The notes below the pieces were generated by a model that ran no database searches, had not been told where the DNA came from, and was given only the letters and a program-made list of their open reading frames with translations. Shown piece after piece: positions 1-9,844 of a DNA stretch of 64,000 nucleotides. A program made the translations under genes and the position numbers. The DNA lies in the NCBI GenBank assembly GCA_017450465.1, contig JAFSUW010000029.1, positions 41,572 to 105,571 on the forward strand, in the 5' to 3' direction. The stretch is from Clostridia bacterium. Lineage in GTDB: Bacteria > Bacillota > Clostridia > TANB77 > RGIG9151. The stretch's first letter is position 1. Each line of letters opens with the position of its first letter.

Positions 1-1610
1 ATTATTTGTTTTAATACTGAATTTGGTAAAGAAATATTACTCTTTTTTAGCCCATGCTTTTCTATTTGCTTTGGCAACAAATGCTTTGAAGCAATATTTA
101 CTTTTTCTTCATCTGTATATGTTGAAAGCGTTATAACTTCCATTCTATCAAGTAATGGCCTTGGTATCGTATCTAAATTATTTGCAGTCGTAATAAACAT
201 TACCTGTGACAAATCAAATGGTAGTTCAAGATAATGGTCACGGAATGCAAAATTTTGCTCAGCATCTAATACTTCAAGCATTGCTGAAGCTGGATCCCCT
301 TTAAAATCACTGCTCATTTTATCTATTTCATCTAATAAAATTAATGGATTTTTACTGCCTGCTTGCTTCATAGCATTTAAAATTCTACCAGGCATTGATC
401 CAATATATGTTTTTCTGTGTCCTCTTATTTCTGCTTCGTCCCTAACTCCGCCAAGAGATACTCTTACATAATTTCTATTCATAGCTCTTGCGATAGATTT
501 TGCAATAGAGGTTTTACCTACGCCTGGAGGTCCATAAAGACAAAGTATAGGTCCATTTAATGAGTTAGTCATCTTTCTTACTGCTAAAAACTCTATTATT
601 CTATCTTTAACTTTTTCAAGTCCATAGTGATCTTCATCCAAAATCTCTTTTGCATGCACTAAATCTATATAATCATCGGTTTTCTTGTCCCAAGGGAGCT
701 CTAGTATGCATTCAAGATATCCTCTTATAACAGAACCCTCTGCTGAACCTGCTTGCATTTTTATAAGTCTATCTAATTCTTTATTTACCTTAGTTCTTAC
801 TTCTTCAGGCAAGTCTATTTTATCGAATTTTTCCCTAAATTCTTTTACTTCTCCAGCAACTCCATCTTTATCGCCAAGTTCATCTTGAATTACCTTCATT
901 TGCTCTTTTAAGTAATATTCTCTTTGAACTTTGTCTATTTGTTGCTTAACTTTAGTGCTTATATTTTTCTCTAACTCTAATATTTCAATTTCTTTAATTA
1001 AACAAGCAATTAACTTTTCCATTCTGCATTTTGTATCAAATTCAGATAAAATCGCCTGTTTATCCTCTACTGAAAGCATTATATTGCCAGCTATTACATC
1101 ACATAGTTCTGATGGTTCTTTTATACCTTCAAGACCTGGTAATATTTCTGGATTCATTTTTGTATTTAAACTTAAATATTCTTCAAAAGTTGAAATCATA
1201 TTACGAAGAAGTGCTTCAGATTCACGCGGATTAGAATTTTCATTTATATATAATTTTTCACAAACTTCTACTACATAAAAAGGTTCTTCTTGTACAAATT
1301 CCGCAATTTCTGCACGGCTTACCCCTTCTACCAATACTCTTACGGCATCGCCTGGAAGTCTTAGTATCTGCCTAATTCTCGATACTGTTCCAACACGATA
1401 TAGTTCTTCAGGGCTTGGGGCTTCGTTCGCAGCATCCTTTTGTGTTACCAAAAAGATAAACTGATTGCGTCTCATAGCTTCTTCTATAGCTTTTATCGAT
1501 TTAACTCTTCCGACATCAAGGTTCATTGTCATATATGGGAATACCGTAAGTCCCCTTAATGTTAACATCGGAAACATCTGTCTTTTAATAATCTTTTTTG
1601 TGTCAGCCAT
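1..1610 (-). CDS. lon: ATP-dependent Lon protease (N-terminal ~536 aa; C-terminus runs off the window start)
   Basis: Minus-strand translation from the ATG at 1608-1610 gives MADTKKIIKRQMFPMLTLRGLTVFPYM... (Lon N-domain). An AAA+ Walker A GPPGVGKTS lies further in. The ORF is absent from the track because it is partial. Confidence 0.9.
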   Translation of the reverse strand, partial: MADTKKIIKRQMFPMLTLRGLTVFPYMTMNLDVGRVKSIKAIEEAMRRNQFIFLVTQKDAANEAPSPEELYRVGTVSRIRQILRLPGDAVRVLVEGVSRAEIAEFVQEEPFYVVEVCEKLYINENSNPRESEALLRNMISTFEEYLSLNTKMNPEILPGLEGIKEPSELCDVIAGNIMLSVEDKQAILSEFDTKCRMEKLIACLIKEIEILELEKNISTKVKQQIDKVQREYYLKEQMKVIQDELGDKDGVAGEVKEFREKFDKIDLPEEVRTKVNKELDRLIKMQAGSAEGSVIRGYLECILELPWDKKTDDYIDLVHAKEILDEDHYGLEKVKDRIIEFLAVRKMTNSLNGPILCLYGPPGVGKTSIAKSIARAMNRNYVRVSLGGVRDEAEIRGHRKTYIGSMPGRILNAMKQAGSKNPLILLDEIDKMSSDFKGDPASAMLEVLDAEQNFAFRDHYLELPFDLSQVMFITTANNLDTIPRPLLDRMEVITLSTYTDEEKVNIASKHLLPKQIEKHGLKKSNISLPNSVLKQI

Positions 1611-1807
1611 AGCCTTACGTCTCCTTTTTTCTTTGGTATACTTTTATTGTAGAGTAAGTAACCACACTATTCAAGTGGTTATTTATGGGCATTTACAGGT
1701 ATTTTTTTCTTATGCTCACAAAACTCTTTTCATACCACTAATTTTGTTATCGTATAATTTTTTTAAAAGCATTAGTAGTAATTATTGTTATTTTTAAAGT
1801 TTTTTTG

Positions 1808-1840
1808 TAAAAAAAAAGAACTACTCACATAGTTCTTTAC
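1808..1840 (-). terminator. rho-independent terminator downstream of rpmE
   Basis: Hairpin aagaactactcacatagttctt, followed on the minus strand by a T-run. Confidence 0.6.
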
Positions 1841-1851
1841 CAAACCTAATA

Positions 1852-2070
1852 TTAGTCTTCATCCTTAATATTAAATTTCTTCTTAAATCTTTCACTTCTT
1901 CCACCTACTGCTGTATTCTTTTGAGAACCTGTATAGAATGGATGACATTTTGAACAAATTTCAACACGAAGTTCTGGTTTAATTGAGTATGTTTCAAATG
2001 TTTCCCCGCAAGCACATTTTACAACTGCTTTTTGATAATTTGGATGTATTCCTTCTTTCATGCAATTCAC
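1852..2070 (-). CDS. rpmE: 50S ribosomal protein L31
   Basis: 72 aa with the L31 Cys motifs: [11 protein letters not shown]...CACGETFET...[10 protein letters not shown]. Confidence 0.95.
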   Translation of the reverse strand: MNCMKEGIHPNYQKAVVKCACGETFETYSIKPELRVEICSKCHPFYTGSQKNTAVGGRSERFKKKFNIKDED

Positions 2071-2167
2071 CTTCTTTCAAATATATATACATAACTTATT
2101 TTCGTTAATTTACAGAGTGTATTTTAACATATATTTGTAATTTTTGCAAGTAGTTAACCAAATTTAA

Positions 2168-3073
2168 TTACAACGTTAAAATATTGTTCACGCCTTGCTT
2201 TTTAATTTTTTCAACCAAACTATAGTTTCCATCTACTATAGATATCTCACCAGATTTTTTATTTGCTATAAAAAAGTCATCATTTAAAGTTTTTATTTCC
2301 CACGGATATTCCCCATAAGCCGGTATCTGCCTATCAAACATAAGCTTACCATCATCTTGTATAACAAAACTCGTTATTAAATCCGCTCCTCTATTTAATG
2401 CATATAGTCTATTGTTTTTTATTAACAAAGTAGAAGCATAACTTTCCTTTGCACCATCATAGGTTTTATATCTTTCAACAAATTTTAATAACCCTTTTGG
2501 CTCTATATCAAATAAATATACCTCGTTTGAATTTTCACATATTACATATGCATTATTTTTATTAAATATTATATGTCTTGGTTTAGAGTTTTCAGGAAAA
2601 GCTATTTTATCACAAAATTCAAATTTATTATTATATATGTACAAAGTATCTTCACCACAATTTACTACATAAAAACGATTGTTTTCATATTTTATGCAAT
2701 GAATACTACTATTCTCGCCACTTTTACTATATACTTTTAACTGCCAATTTTTTAGTACAAAAATCTTTCCATCAGTATACCCGCCACCAAAAAGAATATT
2801 TTCTTTTTGATTATAATTTAAGTACACTATCCCTTTTACGCCTGTTTCTATGCATTCTTTTATATTAAAATTATCATCTAATAAGTATAATTTCCCTGTA
2901 TTTGTATCTTCTTCTGCTATAGCATATCCGCCTTTTATTTTTACGATGCTAGAGGCGTTTTTTATTCCATCTATTGTTTTTCTATATGTTACCTTGTATT
3001 TATCATTAAATTTTATGTACTCACACGAATTTTCAGTATCGTATGCAGTAGCAACAATCTCTAATTTATCCAT
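2168..3073 (-). CDS. lactonase-family 7-bladed beta-propeller protein (6-phosphogluconolactonase-like), hypothetical
   Basis: Repeated blade-like motifs YVVNCGEDTLYIY, YVICENSNEVYLFD, LYALNRGADLITSFVI and FFIANKKSGEISIVD. Confidence 0.5.
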   Translation of the reverse strand: MDKLEIVATAYDTENSCEYIKFNDKYKVTYRKTIDGIKNASSIVKIKGGYAIAEEDTNTGKLYLLDDNFNIKECIETGVKGIVYLNYNQKENILFGGGYTDGKIFVLKNWQLKVYSKSGENSSIHCIKYENNRFYVVNCGEDTLYIYNNKFEFCDKIAFPENSKPRHIIFNKNNAYVICENSNEVYLFDIEPKGLLKFVERYKTYDGAKESYASTLLIKNNRLYALNRGADLITSFVIQDDGKLMFDRQIPAYGEYPWEIKTLNDDFFIANKKSGEISIVDGNYSLVEKIKKQGVNNILTL

Positions 3074-3091
3074 ATTTTCTCCTTTGTTTAA

Positions 3092-3886
3092 TTACATACC
3101 CTCTTGATAAGCAAGTATACTTGCTCCCCCATCTAACATTATTGTTTGACCTGTTAAATACTTAGACATATCTGAAGCAAGGTAAAGAGCAGTGTTTGCA
3201 ACATCTTCGCATGTGCCTACTTTAAGTGGCTGTGATAAATCATGCTTTTTATATGCAAGCTCCTTTTCTTCTTCAGTTGTTAAATGCGAATAAAGTGATT
3301 TCATCATATCTGACAAAATTACCCCTAAAGCAATTGTATTTACGCGTATATCATGCTTTGCATATTCTAATGCTGCAACTCTTGCCATCGCATTCATTGC
3401 ACCTTTGCTTGCGGCATACGCACCATAGTTTGGCATTGACATTATTGAATGTATTGAAGAAATGTTTATTACACTTCCCGTTCCATTACTTGTCATATCC
3501 GGCAAAAACGCTTTCATTAAGCGATATCCACTTTTGAAATTAACGTTTAATATTTTATCTAACGTATCTTCCTTAATGTCATGTATCGGTGAACGTTCAT
3601 TTATGCCAACAGAATTTACTAATATATCTATTGTCCCAAAGTCTTCCCTTATCGATTTTTCAAGGTTAACTATCGCCTCTTTATCACCCATATCACAAAC
3701 ATAGGCCTTGGCTTTTGTTATTTTATTTAACATTTCTACTGTTTTATCTAATTCTTCTTTATTTATATCTGCTATTATTACATTTGCACCATGCTCCGCA
3801 AACTTTAACGCAATACCTTTTCCGACGCCAAGCGCTCCACTTGTAATTAACGCTGTCCTACCAGCTAGTAATTTATTATATTCCAT
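3092..3886 (-). CDS. SDR-family short-chain dehydrogenase/reductase
   Basis: TGALGVGKGIALKF Rossmann motif and the YAASK catalytic motif. The start was moved to the internal MEYNKLL ATG, which has a GGAGG RBS. Confidence 0.85.
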   Translation of the reverse strand: MEYNKLLAGRTALITSGALGVGKGIALKFAEHGANVIIADINKEELDKTVEMLNKITKAKAYVCDMGDKEAIVNLEKSIREDFGTIDILVNSVGINERSPIHDIKEDTLDKILNVNFKSGYRLMKAFLPDMTSNGTGSVINISSIHSIMSMPNYGAYAASKGAMNAMARVAALEYAKHDIRVNTIALGVILSDMMKSLYSHLTTEEEKELAYKKHDLSQPLKVGTCEDVANTALYLASDMSKYLTGQTIMLDGGASILAYQEGM

Positions 3887-3911
3887 TATTACCTCCTTTG
3901 TCGGGGAAACC

Positions 3912-4760
3912 CTACAGAATAAAGTTACAAATTTCATCTATTATTTCTGGTGTTTGATAAGGTACTAAGCTTTCCTCACTACCCTTACCCATTTCTATAT
4001 AATCTTTTATTTTTGGTCCGTGATAATCACTGCCAAGTGTTATTCCTAAATCCTCTTTTTTAGCTATATCAAGCAAAAGTTCAACATCCTTTGGCGTGTG
4101 AAGACTATAATATACTTCAAGGCCTCTTAAACCATAACTTTTATAAAACTTTGTACGTCCTAAAATGTCTTTATAATCAGTAAGCCCAGATCTATATGGA
4201 TGTGCCCAAACAGGAATTCCACCTGCATCTATAATAAACTTTATGGCATCTTTTACAGATATCCTGCCTCGTTTCCTATCCTTCAATTCACCATTTATAA
4301 AATACCTTCTATATGCTTCACTCTCTTGTGTTTCATATCCATTTACTACAAGCCAATGAAGTATATGATATATTACAAACTTCTCCCCCGGAAAAAGCCT
4401 TTCCGTGTCCTCTCTTGTAACATTCATACCCTTTTTTTGAAAAAATTCAAATACAGCATTATCTTCTTCAAGGCCTACTTTTCTTACATATTTTTTATAA
4501 TCTTCAATTACACTTTTCGTACTATCTAGCTTATAGCCCAAAATATGTAGTTCTGTTTCATCAAAGGCCGTTACTTCTATCCCTGGTATTACAGTAACGC
4601 CTAGCATATTGCCAATACCAATCGCTTCTTCTGCAATACCAAGTGAATCGTGGTCTGTTAATGAAAGTACTGTTATACCCATATCTTTTGCTATTTCTAT
4701 ATTTTTTGCTGGCGAAAACTCACCATCAGAAAATATTGTATGCGTGTGTAAATCTATCAT
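3912..4760 (-). CDS. PHP-domain metal-dependent phosphoesterase
   Basis: MIDLHTHTIFSDGEFSP...LTDHDS, the PHP N-terminal signature. Confidence 0.8.
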   Translation of the reverse strand: MIDLHTHTIFSDGEFSPAKNIEIAKDMGITVLSLTDHDSLGIAEEAIGIGNMLGVTVIPGIEVTAFDETELHILGYKLDSTKSVIEDYKKYVRKVGLEEDNAVFEFFQKKGMNVTREDTERLFPGEKFVIYHILHWLVVNGYETQESEAYRRYFINGELKDRKRGRISVKDAIKFIIDAGGIPVWAHPYRSGLTDYKDILGRTKFYKSYGLRGLEVYYSLHTPKDVELLLDIAKKEDLGITLGSDYHGPKIKDYIEMGKGSEESLVPYQTPEIIDEICNFIL

Positions 4761-4770
4761 AAAAAATCAC

Positions 4771-5868
4771 CTAATCCTCTATAGGCCATTTTGATTTCAT
4801 CATTTCGTTATACATTTCTGTATATGGCTTTGACATACGTTCTTTCATGTCTTTTGTCATATATGAACGTACTTCAGCTATAATTTTGCATATGTCTATA
4901 ACGTCTTTATATGAACCTGCAATTATCTTTCTAAGTAGTATTGATAAAGACTTTTGACAAGCAGGTACATTTAATGTTTGTCCAAGTTTATAGTACCAAC
5001 GCATTTCAGATAATATTTCTATTCTATCCTCATCTGTTAAAAGTGTTGAATCAATAAACTTATATAGCATATATGTAGAACTTCTTGCATACATAAACCT
5101 ATAGAAATCTATTTTATTAAATTCAACAAATTTTTCATATAGTGCCTTATATGCAGTATTTATTTGTGAAAAATATTCTCTTGAACAGTTCCATGAAACT
5201 GATAATGAATTATTATTTCTTTGTCTATAATTGTAGATTATATTGCTAATGTAAAATACCTTTTTAGCTACTAAAAATGACGACATTGTAAAGTATGCAT
5301 CTTCAGCCGGTACACCCTCTAGACATTTTATATTGTTCTTCATTATAAATTCTCTATTAAATATCTTATTGCACATTGATGAATTCATTACGAAGAACGA
5401 ATCGCGATAGTCTGTCATTGTCATTTCAAAATCTTTATACTTTTCTAAATCGAATACTGGTTTTTCCCAAGGTGTGCCGTCTTCATCAGCATTACGCCAG
5501 TTTGCGTTTATAAAATCTGCTTTCTTTTCTTCAATTGCGTTATACATGATTTCGCAAGCATCTAAAGTATAAAAATCGTCTGGATCAGTAAACATTAAAT
5601 ACTTACCAGTTGCAAGTTTTATACCCACATTACGCGGATGACCTGCCACTTTACTTCTTTCTTCTGTTCTAGTTACTGTGATGTTATTATATTTCTTTTC
5701 ATATTCTTTGGCCATTTCAAAACTTCCGTCATCTGAATGGTCGTCTACAATTATTACTTCAATATTGTTAAAACCAATTGTTTGATTTAGTAGTGAATCC
5801 ATACAATCCTTAAAATATGCTTTTACATTGTACATTGGTATTACTACACTAACTTTATAATCCATCAT
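4771..5868 (-). CDS. family 2 glycosyltransferase
   Basis: VSVVIPMYNVKAYFKDCMDSLLNQT...IIVDDHSDDGS. Start taken at MMDYKV with a GGAGG RBS. The upstream ORF extension covers a GC hairpin and is rejected. Confidence 0.8.
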   Translation of the reverse strand: MMDYKVSVVIPMYNVKAYFKDCMDSLLNQTIGFNNIEVIIVDDHSDDGSFEMAKEYEKKYNNITVTRTEERSKVAGHPRNVGIKLATGKYLMFTDPDDFYTLDACEIMYNAIEEKKADFINANWRNADEDGTPWEKPVFDLEKYKDFEMTMTDYRDSFFVMNSSMCNKIFNREFIMKNNIKCLEGVPAEDAYFTMSSFLVAKKVFYISNIIYNYRQRNNNSLSVSWNCSREYFSQINTAYKALYEKFVEFNKIDFYRFMYARSSTYMLYKFIDSTLLTDEDRIEILSEMRWYYKLGQTLNVPACQKSLSILLRKIIAGSYKDVIDICKIIAEVRSYMTKDMKERMSKPYTEMYNEMMKSKWPIED

Positions 5869-5878
5869 GTCCTCCATT

Positions 5879-5906
5879 TCACGGGCAAACTTGTTTGCCC
5901 CTACAG
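5879..5906. repeat. GC-rich hairpin repeat (CTGTAGGGG family) between glyQS and the GT2 gene
   Basis: cacgggcaaacttgtttgcccctacag. Same signature as the hairpins at 9.7, 18.9, 24.5, 44.5, 58.5, 60.8, 61.8 and 62.9 kb. Confidence 0.6.
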
Positions 5907-5923
5907 TGTTTGTGGTAATCACA

Positions 5924-7321
5924 TTAGAATTTTAATCTATCTGTTATATATTTTTCTACTTCATCTATCTTTATTCTTACTTGTTCCATTGTATCTCTAT
6001 CTCTTATTGTTACACAATTATCTGTCTCTGAGTCAAAGTCATAAGTAATGCAGAAAGGTGTACCAATTTCATCTTCTCTTCTATATCTTTTACCTATACT
6101 TCCTGCCTCATCGTATTCACACATAAACTTGCTTGAAAGCTCCTCAAACAACTTTGTAGCTGGCTCTGAAAGTTTCTTAGAAAGTGGTAAAATTGCAGCT
6201 TTAATTGGTGCTAACGCTGGATGGAAATGTAGTACTACTCTTACATCTCCCTCTGCAACTTCTTCTTCATCATAAGCGTTACACAAGAACATTAAGAATA
6301 ATCTATCTACACCAACCGCTGGTTCTACGCAGTATGGCACATATTTTTCATTTGTTTCTGAGTCTAAATATGTTAAATCTGATTTTGATGCTTCCATATG
6401 TCTTGATAAATCGTAATCAGTTCTATCTGCAATGCCCCATAACTCGCCCCATCCAAATGGGAATAAGTACTCTATGTCTGTTGTACCTTTACTGTAGAAT
6501 GATAATTCCTCTTTAGAATGTGCACGAAGACGTAAATTTTCTTCTTTTGCACCTAAACTTATTAACCAATTTTTGCAGTAGTCTTTCCAATATTCATACC
6601 ATTCTAAGTCTGTTCCTGGCTTACAGAAGAATTCTAATTCCATTTGCTCGAATTCTCTTGTCCTAAATATAAAGTTACCTGGTGTGATTTCATTCCTAAA
6701 AGATCTACCCATTTGTCCGATGCCCATAGGCATTTTTCTTCTTGTTGTTCTTAAAACATTTTTGAAATTTACAAACATGCCTTGTGCTGTTTCTGGTCTT
6801 AAATATACTTCGGATTTTGCATCTTCAGTAACTCCCATATATGTTTTAAACATTAAATTAAACTTTCTTATATCTGTAAAATCTGTTTTACCGCAATCAG
6901 GGCAAGGGACATTATTTTCTTTAATAAAGTTTACTAACTGTTCGTTTGTCCAACCATCTAGACCACTTATATTTTCACCTTTACTAAATGCCCATTCTTC
7001 TATTAATTTATCTGCTCTATGTCTTGTTTTACAAGCTTTACAGTCGATTAGTGGATCTGAGAAACCACCAACATGTCCAGTTGTTACCCAAACTTCAGGA
7101 TTCATTATTATTGCAGCATCTATACCTACATTGTATTTTGATTCACGAATAAATTTTTGCCACCAAGCATCCTTTATGTTTTTCTTTAATTCACTACCTA
7201 TTGGGCCGTAATCCCATGAATTTGCAAGACCTCCGTATATTTCAGACCCTGGATATACAAAACCTCTTGTCTTTGCTAATGCTACTATTTTATCCATTGT
7301 TAATTCTTCCATTTCGTTCAT
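5924..7321 (-). CDS. glyQS: glycine--tRNA ligase (dimeric class II)
   Basis: 465 aa. [34 protein letters not shown] is typical of GlyQS. Confidence 0.95.
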   Translation of the reverse strand: MNEMEELTMDKIVALAKTRGFVYPGSEIYGGLANSWDYGPIGSELKKNIKDAWWQKFIRESKYNVGIDAAIIMNPEVWVTTGHVGGFSDPLIDCKACKTRHRADKLIEEWAFSKGENISGLDGWTNEQLVNFIKENNVPCPDCGKTDFTDIRKFNLMFKTYMGVTEDAKSEVYLRPETAQGMFVNFKNVLRTTRRKMPMGIGQMGRSFRNEITPGNFIFRTREFEQMELEFFCKPGTDLEWYEYWKDYCKNWLISLGAKEENLRLRAHSKEELSFYSKGTTDIEYLFPFGWGELWGIADRTDYDLSRHMEASKSDLTYLDSETNEKYVPYCVEPAVGVDRLFLMFLCNAYDEEEVAEGDVRVVLHFHPALAPIKAAILPLSKKLSEPATKLFEELSSKFMCEYDEAGSIGKRYRREDEIGTPFCITYDFDSETDNCVTIRDRDTMEQVRIKIDEVEKYITDRLKF

Positions 7322-7339
7322 CCTTTCAGTTTTATAATA

Positions 7340-8272
7340 TTAATTACCGCGTCTATCTTTTACATAAGAACTACCAGCTATACTTTTGGCAAGTTTTTTT
7401 ACTTCTGCTGCTATTTCTGCAACTTGTGCTGGACATATTAGGCGCCTTACTTCGTTCGTAACGCCTGCAACCGATATTGACATTATTGGGAACTGCTTTA
7501 CCGTTCCATCACGCCCTTTTGCAGTTATATAGCCATTTTTTCTATCATCTGGATTATAGAAATTTAATATATCCTTTGAAAATTCTTCAGCAATTTTGCT
7601 TCCCATGGCATCCATTCGCTCTGGTGAAGTAATAACAACAAAATCATCGCCACCGATATGACCTATAAAATCAGTATCACCGCCATAGTGCCCTACAACA
7701 TTGTTTAACACATCAGCAACTTTTTTTATTACTCTATCGCCATTTTCAAAACCATAAACATCATTATACGCTTTAAAGTTATCTAAATCACAATAAAGTA
7801 TCCCAAAAAGTTCTCCAGAATCTATGTTGTCACTTATTTGGCTTTGAATCTCTACATTGCCTGATAACCCAGTAAGTGGATTTACATCACGATTCCTTGA
7901 AACCCTTTTTAGCAAATTTATTGTCCTAAAATATAGTTCCTGCTCATTAAACGGATAATATAAATAATCATCAACACCCATCGACAAAAACTCTATTTTT
8001 TCGCCAATATCTGCATTATCATTTATAACAATAATAGGGAGCAAATCTTTAGTATAATCATTTCTAATCATCTTAACTAATTCAAATTCATCAAATATGC
8101 TTCTTTCAAGATTAACAATTAACAAGTCAACATTTTCATTATTAAGTTCAGCTGTGATATCACTTGTTAAAACCTTATTAACGACTTCATAAAATTCTTC
8201 TTTAAAAACTTCTTTTAAGTTATTAATTCTAACTACTGAATCCCCCGTAACAAGAATCCTTTTCTTCTTCAT
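7340..8272 (-). CDS. response-regulator-like protein with a degenerate GGDEF domain (GGDDF)
   Basis: N-terminal REC-like fold in which the usual phospho-acceptor Asp context reads LLIVNLE. C-terminal GGDEF-like domain has HIGGDDFVV in place of GGEEF. Start set at MKKKRILV, which has an RBS. Confidence 0.7.
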   Translation of the reverse strand: MKKKRILVTGDSVVRINNLKEVFKEEFYEVVNKVLTSDITAELNNENVDLLIVNLERSIFDEFELVKMIRNDYTKDLLPIIVINDNADIGEKIEFLSMGVDDYLYYPFNEQELYFRTINLLKRVSRNRDVNPLTGLSGNVEIQSQISDNIDSGELFGILYCDLDNFKAYNDVYGFENGDRVIKKVADVLNNVVGHYGGDTDFIGHIGGDDFVVITSPERMDAMGSKIAEEFSKDILNFYNPDDRKNGYITAKGRDGTVKQFPIMSISVAGVTNEVRRLICPAQVAEIAAEVKKLAKSIAGSSYVKDRRGN

Positions 8273-8326
8273 AAAAAGTATCCTTTCTTTAAAATATTCC
8301 ATTAATTAGACATTATATATTATACG

Positions 8327-9664
8327 TCAAATAGGTAATTTTTTCAATATACAAATGAAAAAGCCGTCTGCACCTTCAATATATGGATAAAGTTCCAAAG
8401 TTCCTGTATTTTTGATACCACTTAAAAATTTTTCTGGCACATCTATATGTTCAATACAAAAATTCGCATGCTCTTTTATAAATTTTTCTATCATTCCCTC
8501 GTTTTCAACGTCTGTATTTGTGCAAGTACTATAAACGATAATTCCATTCTCCTTAACATATCTTGCAGCATTTTCAAGAATTTTATATTGTGTTTTCGCA
8601 ATTTCTTCTATATCACTATATTCTGTGTTCCACTTAATATCTGGCTTTTTTCTTATTACTCCAAGTCCTGAACATGGCACATCAGTAAGTACTTTATCAA
8701 ATTTGTTTTCAAAATCTGGCTCAAAAATAGTAGCATCCTTTGTGTATACTTTTATATTTGTAATGCCTAATCTTGCCGCCAAATCTTCTACTAATTTTGC
8801 ACGTTTTTCATATAGTTCTAGGGCAATAATTTCACCTTTATTATTCATAAGCTCTGCAATATGAGTGGTTTTTCCACCTGGGGATGCGCACATATCTAAA
8901 ACTTTATCGTTTTCTTTTGGATTTAATATATGTGCAACCAAACTTGGCGACTCATCTTGAACTGTAAATAGGCCCTCTAAAAAATACTTATGATTTAATA
9001 ACTTCCTAATATCTCTTGTATAAATAATATCTTGGACTGCTCCTTTTTCTACATCAAACCCTTCGGCTTTTAACTTACTTATTAACTCATCGCGTGTTAT
9101 TTTTAGTGTATTTACCCTTATTGAATCATATGCCTTTTTATTTCCTGCTATTAAAAGCTTTTCTGCATCCTCTTCTCCTAACTTTTCTACCCACATTTTT
9201 ACCATCCAATATGGATATGAATATTTTTTTGATAACCTATCTATTACATCATCTATGCCATCAAAAAGGCTATTAAATTCAGTCTTTGACACGTTTCTAA
9301 GTATTGCATTCACATATCCACTTGAAGCCGTGTGTCCATACTTTTTGGCTAGTTTTACACTTTCATTTACTGTGGCAGATACCGGTATTTTCGTTAAATA
9401 ATAAAGTTGATAAATGCCAAGGCGCAATATATTTAATATTGGTACAGATATTTTATTTAGTTTTATTTTTGAAAACTTAGATATTATAAAATCAAGAGTA
9501 AGTTTATACGATATTACACCGTATACAAGCTCCGTCAATAATTTTTTATCTAATTCATTTAATTCTAATTCGTTTAATTTTGCATTTAATAAAAGGTTAG
9601 AATAAGAATTGTTCTTTTCCGCCTCTATTAAAGTTTTTAATGCTACTTCACGAGCAGACAACAT
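8327..9664 (-). CDS. rsmB: 16S rRNA (cytosine967-C5)-methyltransferase
   Basis: NusB-like N-terminal domain, then the SAM-MTase motif VLDMCASPGGKTTHIAEL and a PCSG motif. Start set at MLSAREVALK. Confidence 0.9.
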   Translation of the reverse strand: MLSAREVALKTLIEAEKNNSYSNLLLNAKLNELELNELDKKLLTELVYGVISYKLTLDFIISKFSKIKLNKISVPILNILRLGIYQLYYLTKIPVSATVNESVKLAKKYGHTASSGYVNAILRNVSKTEFNSLFDGIDDVIDRLSKKYSYPYWMVKMWVEKLGEEDAEKLLIAGNKKAYDSIRVNTLKITRDELISKLKAEGFDVEKGAVQDIIYTRDIRKLLNHKYFLEGLFTVQDESPSLVAHILNPKENDKVLDMCASPGGKTTHIAELMNNKGEIIALELYEKRAKLVEDLAARLGITNIKVYTKDATIFEPDFENKFDKVLTDVPCSGLGVIRKKPDIKWNTEYSDIEEIAKTQYKILENAARYVKENGIIVYSTCTNTDVENEGMIEKFIKEHANFCIEHIDVPEKFLSGIKNTGTLELYPYIEGADGFFICILKKLPI

Positions 9665-9698
9665 ATGTATATCACTTCCAAAAAATAAATTGTTGTAT

Positions 9699-9767
9699 CT
9701 GTAGGGGCGATTATTAATCGCCCGCAATATACTATCATTTGTGATATGGGCGAATAATATTCGCCCA
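9699..9767. repeat. pair of GC-rich hairpins (CTGTAGGGG family)
   Basis: ctgtaggggcgattattaatcgcccg and tgggcgaataatattcgccca. Confidence 0.6.
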
Positions 9768-9844
9768 TACACTTTTGTGCATATTCCAACATACAACCAT
9801 TATTAAGCATTAATCTATCACATTTTGGCAAAAATTGCAAATTA

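Noticed and set aside
685-1797. Plus-strand ORFs (685..888, 931..1278, 1465..1797) at the window start
   Set aside because: They are antisense to the clearly identifiable lon coding sequence.
9643-9840. 65-aa minus-strand ORF between rsmB and the thioredoxin-domain gene
   Set aside because: It overlaps the intergenic GC-hairpin doublet, has no RBS, and its frame only continues the rsmB upstream region. It is most likely non-coding.
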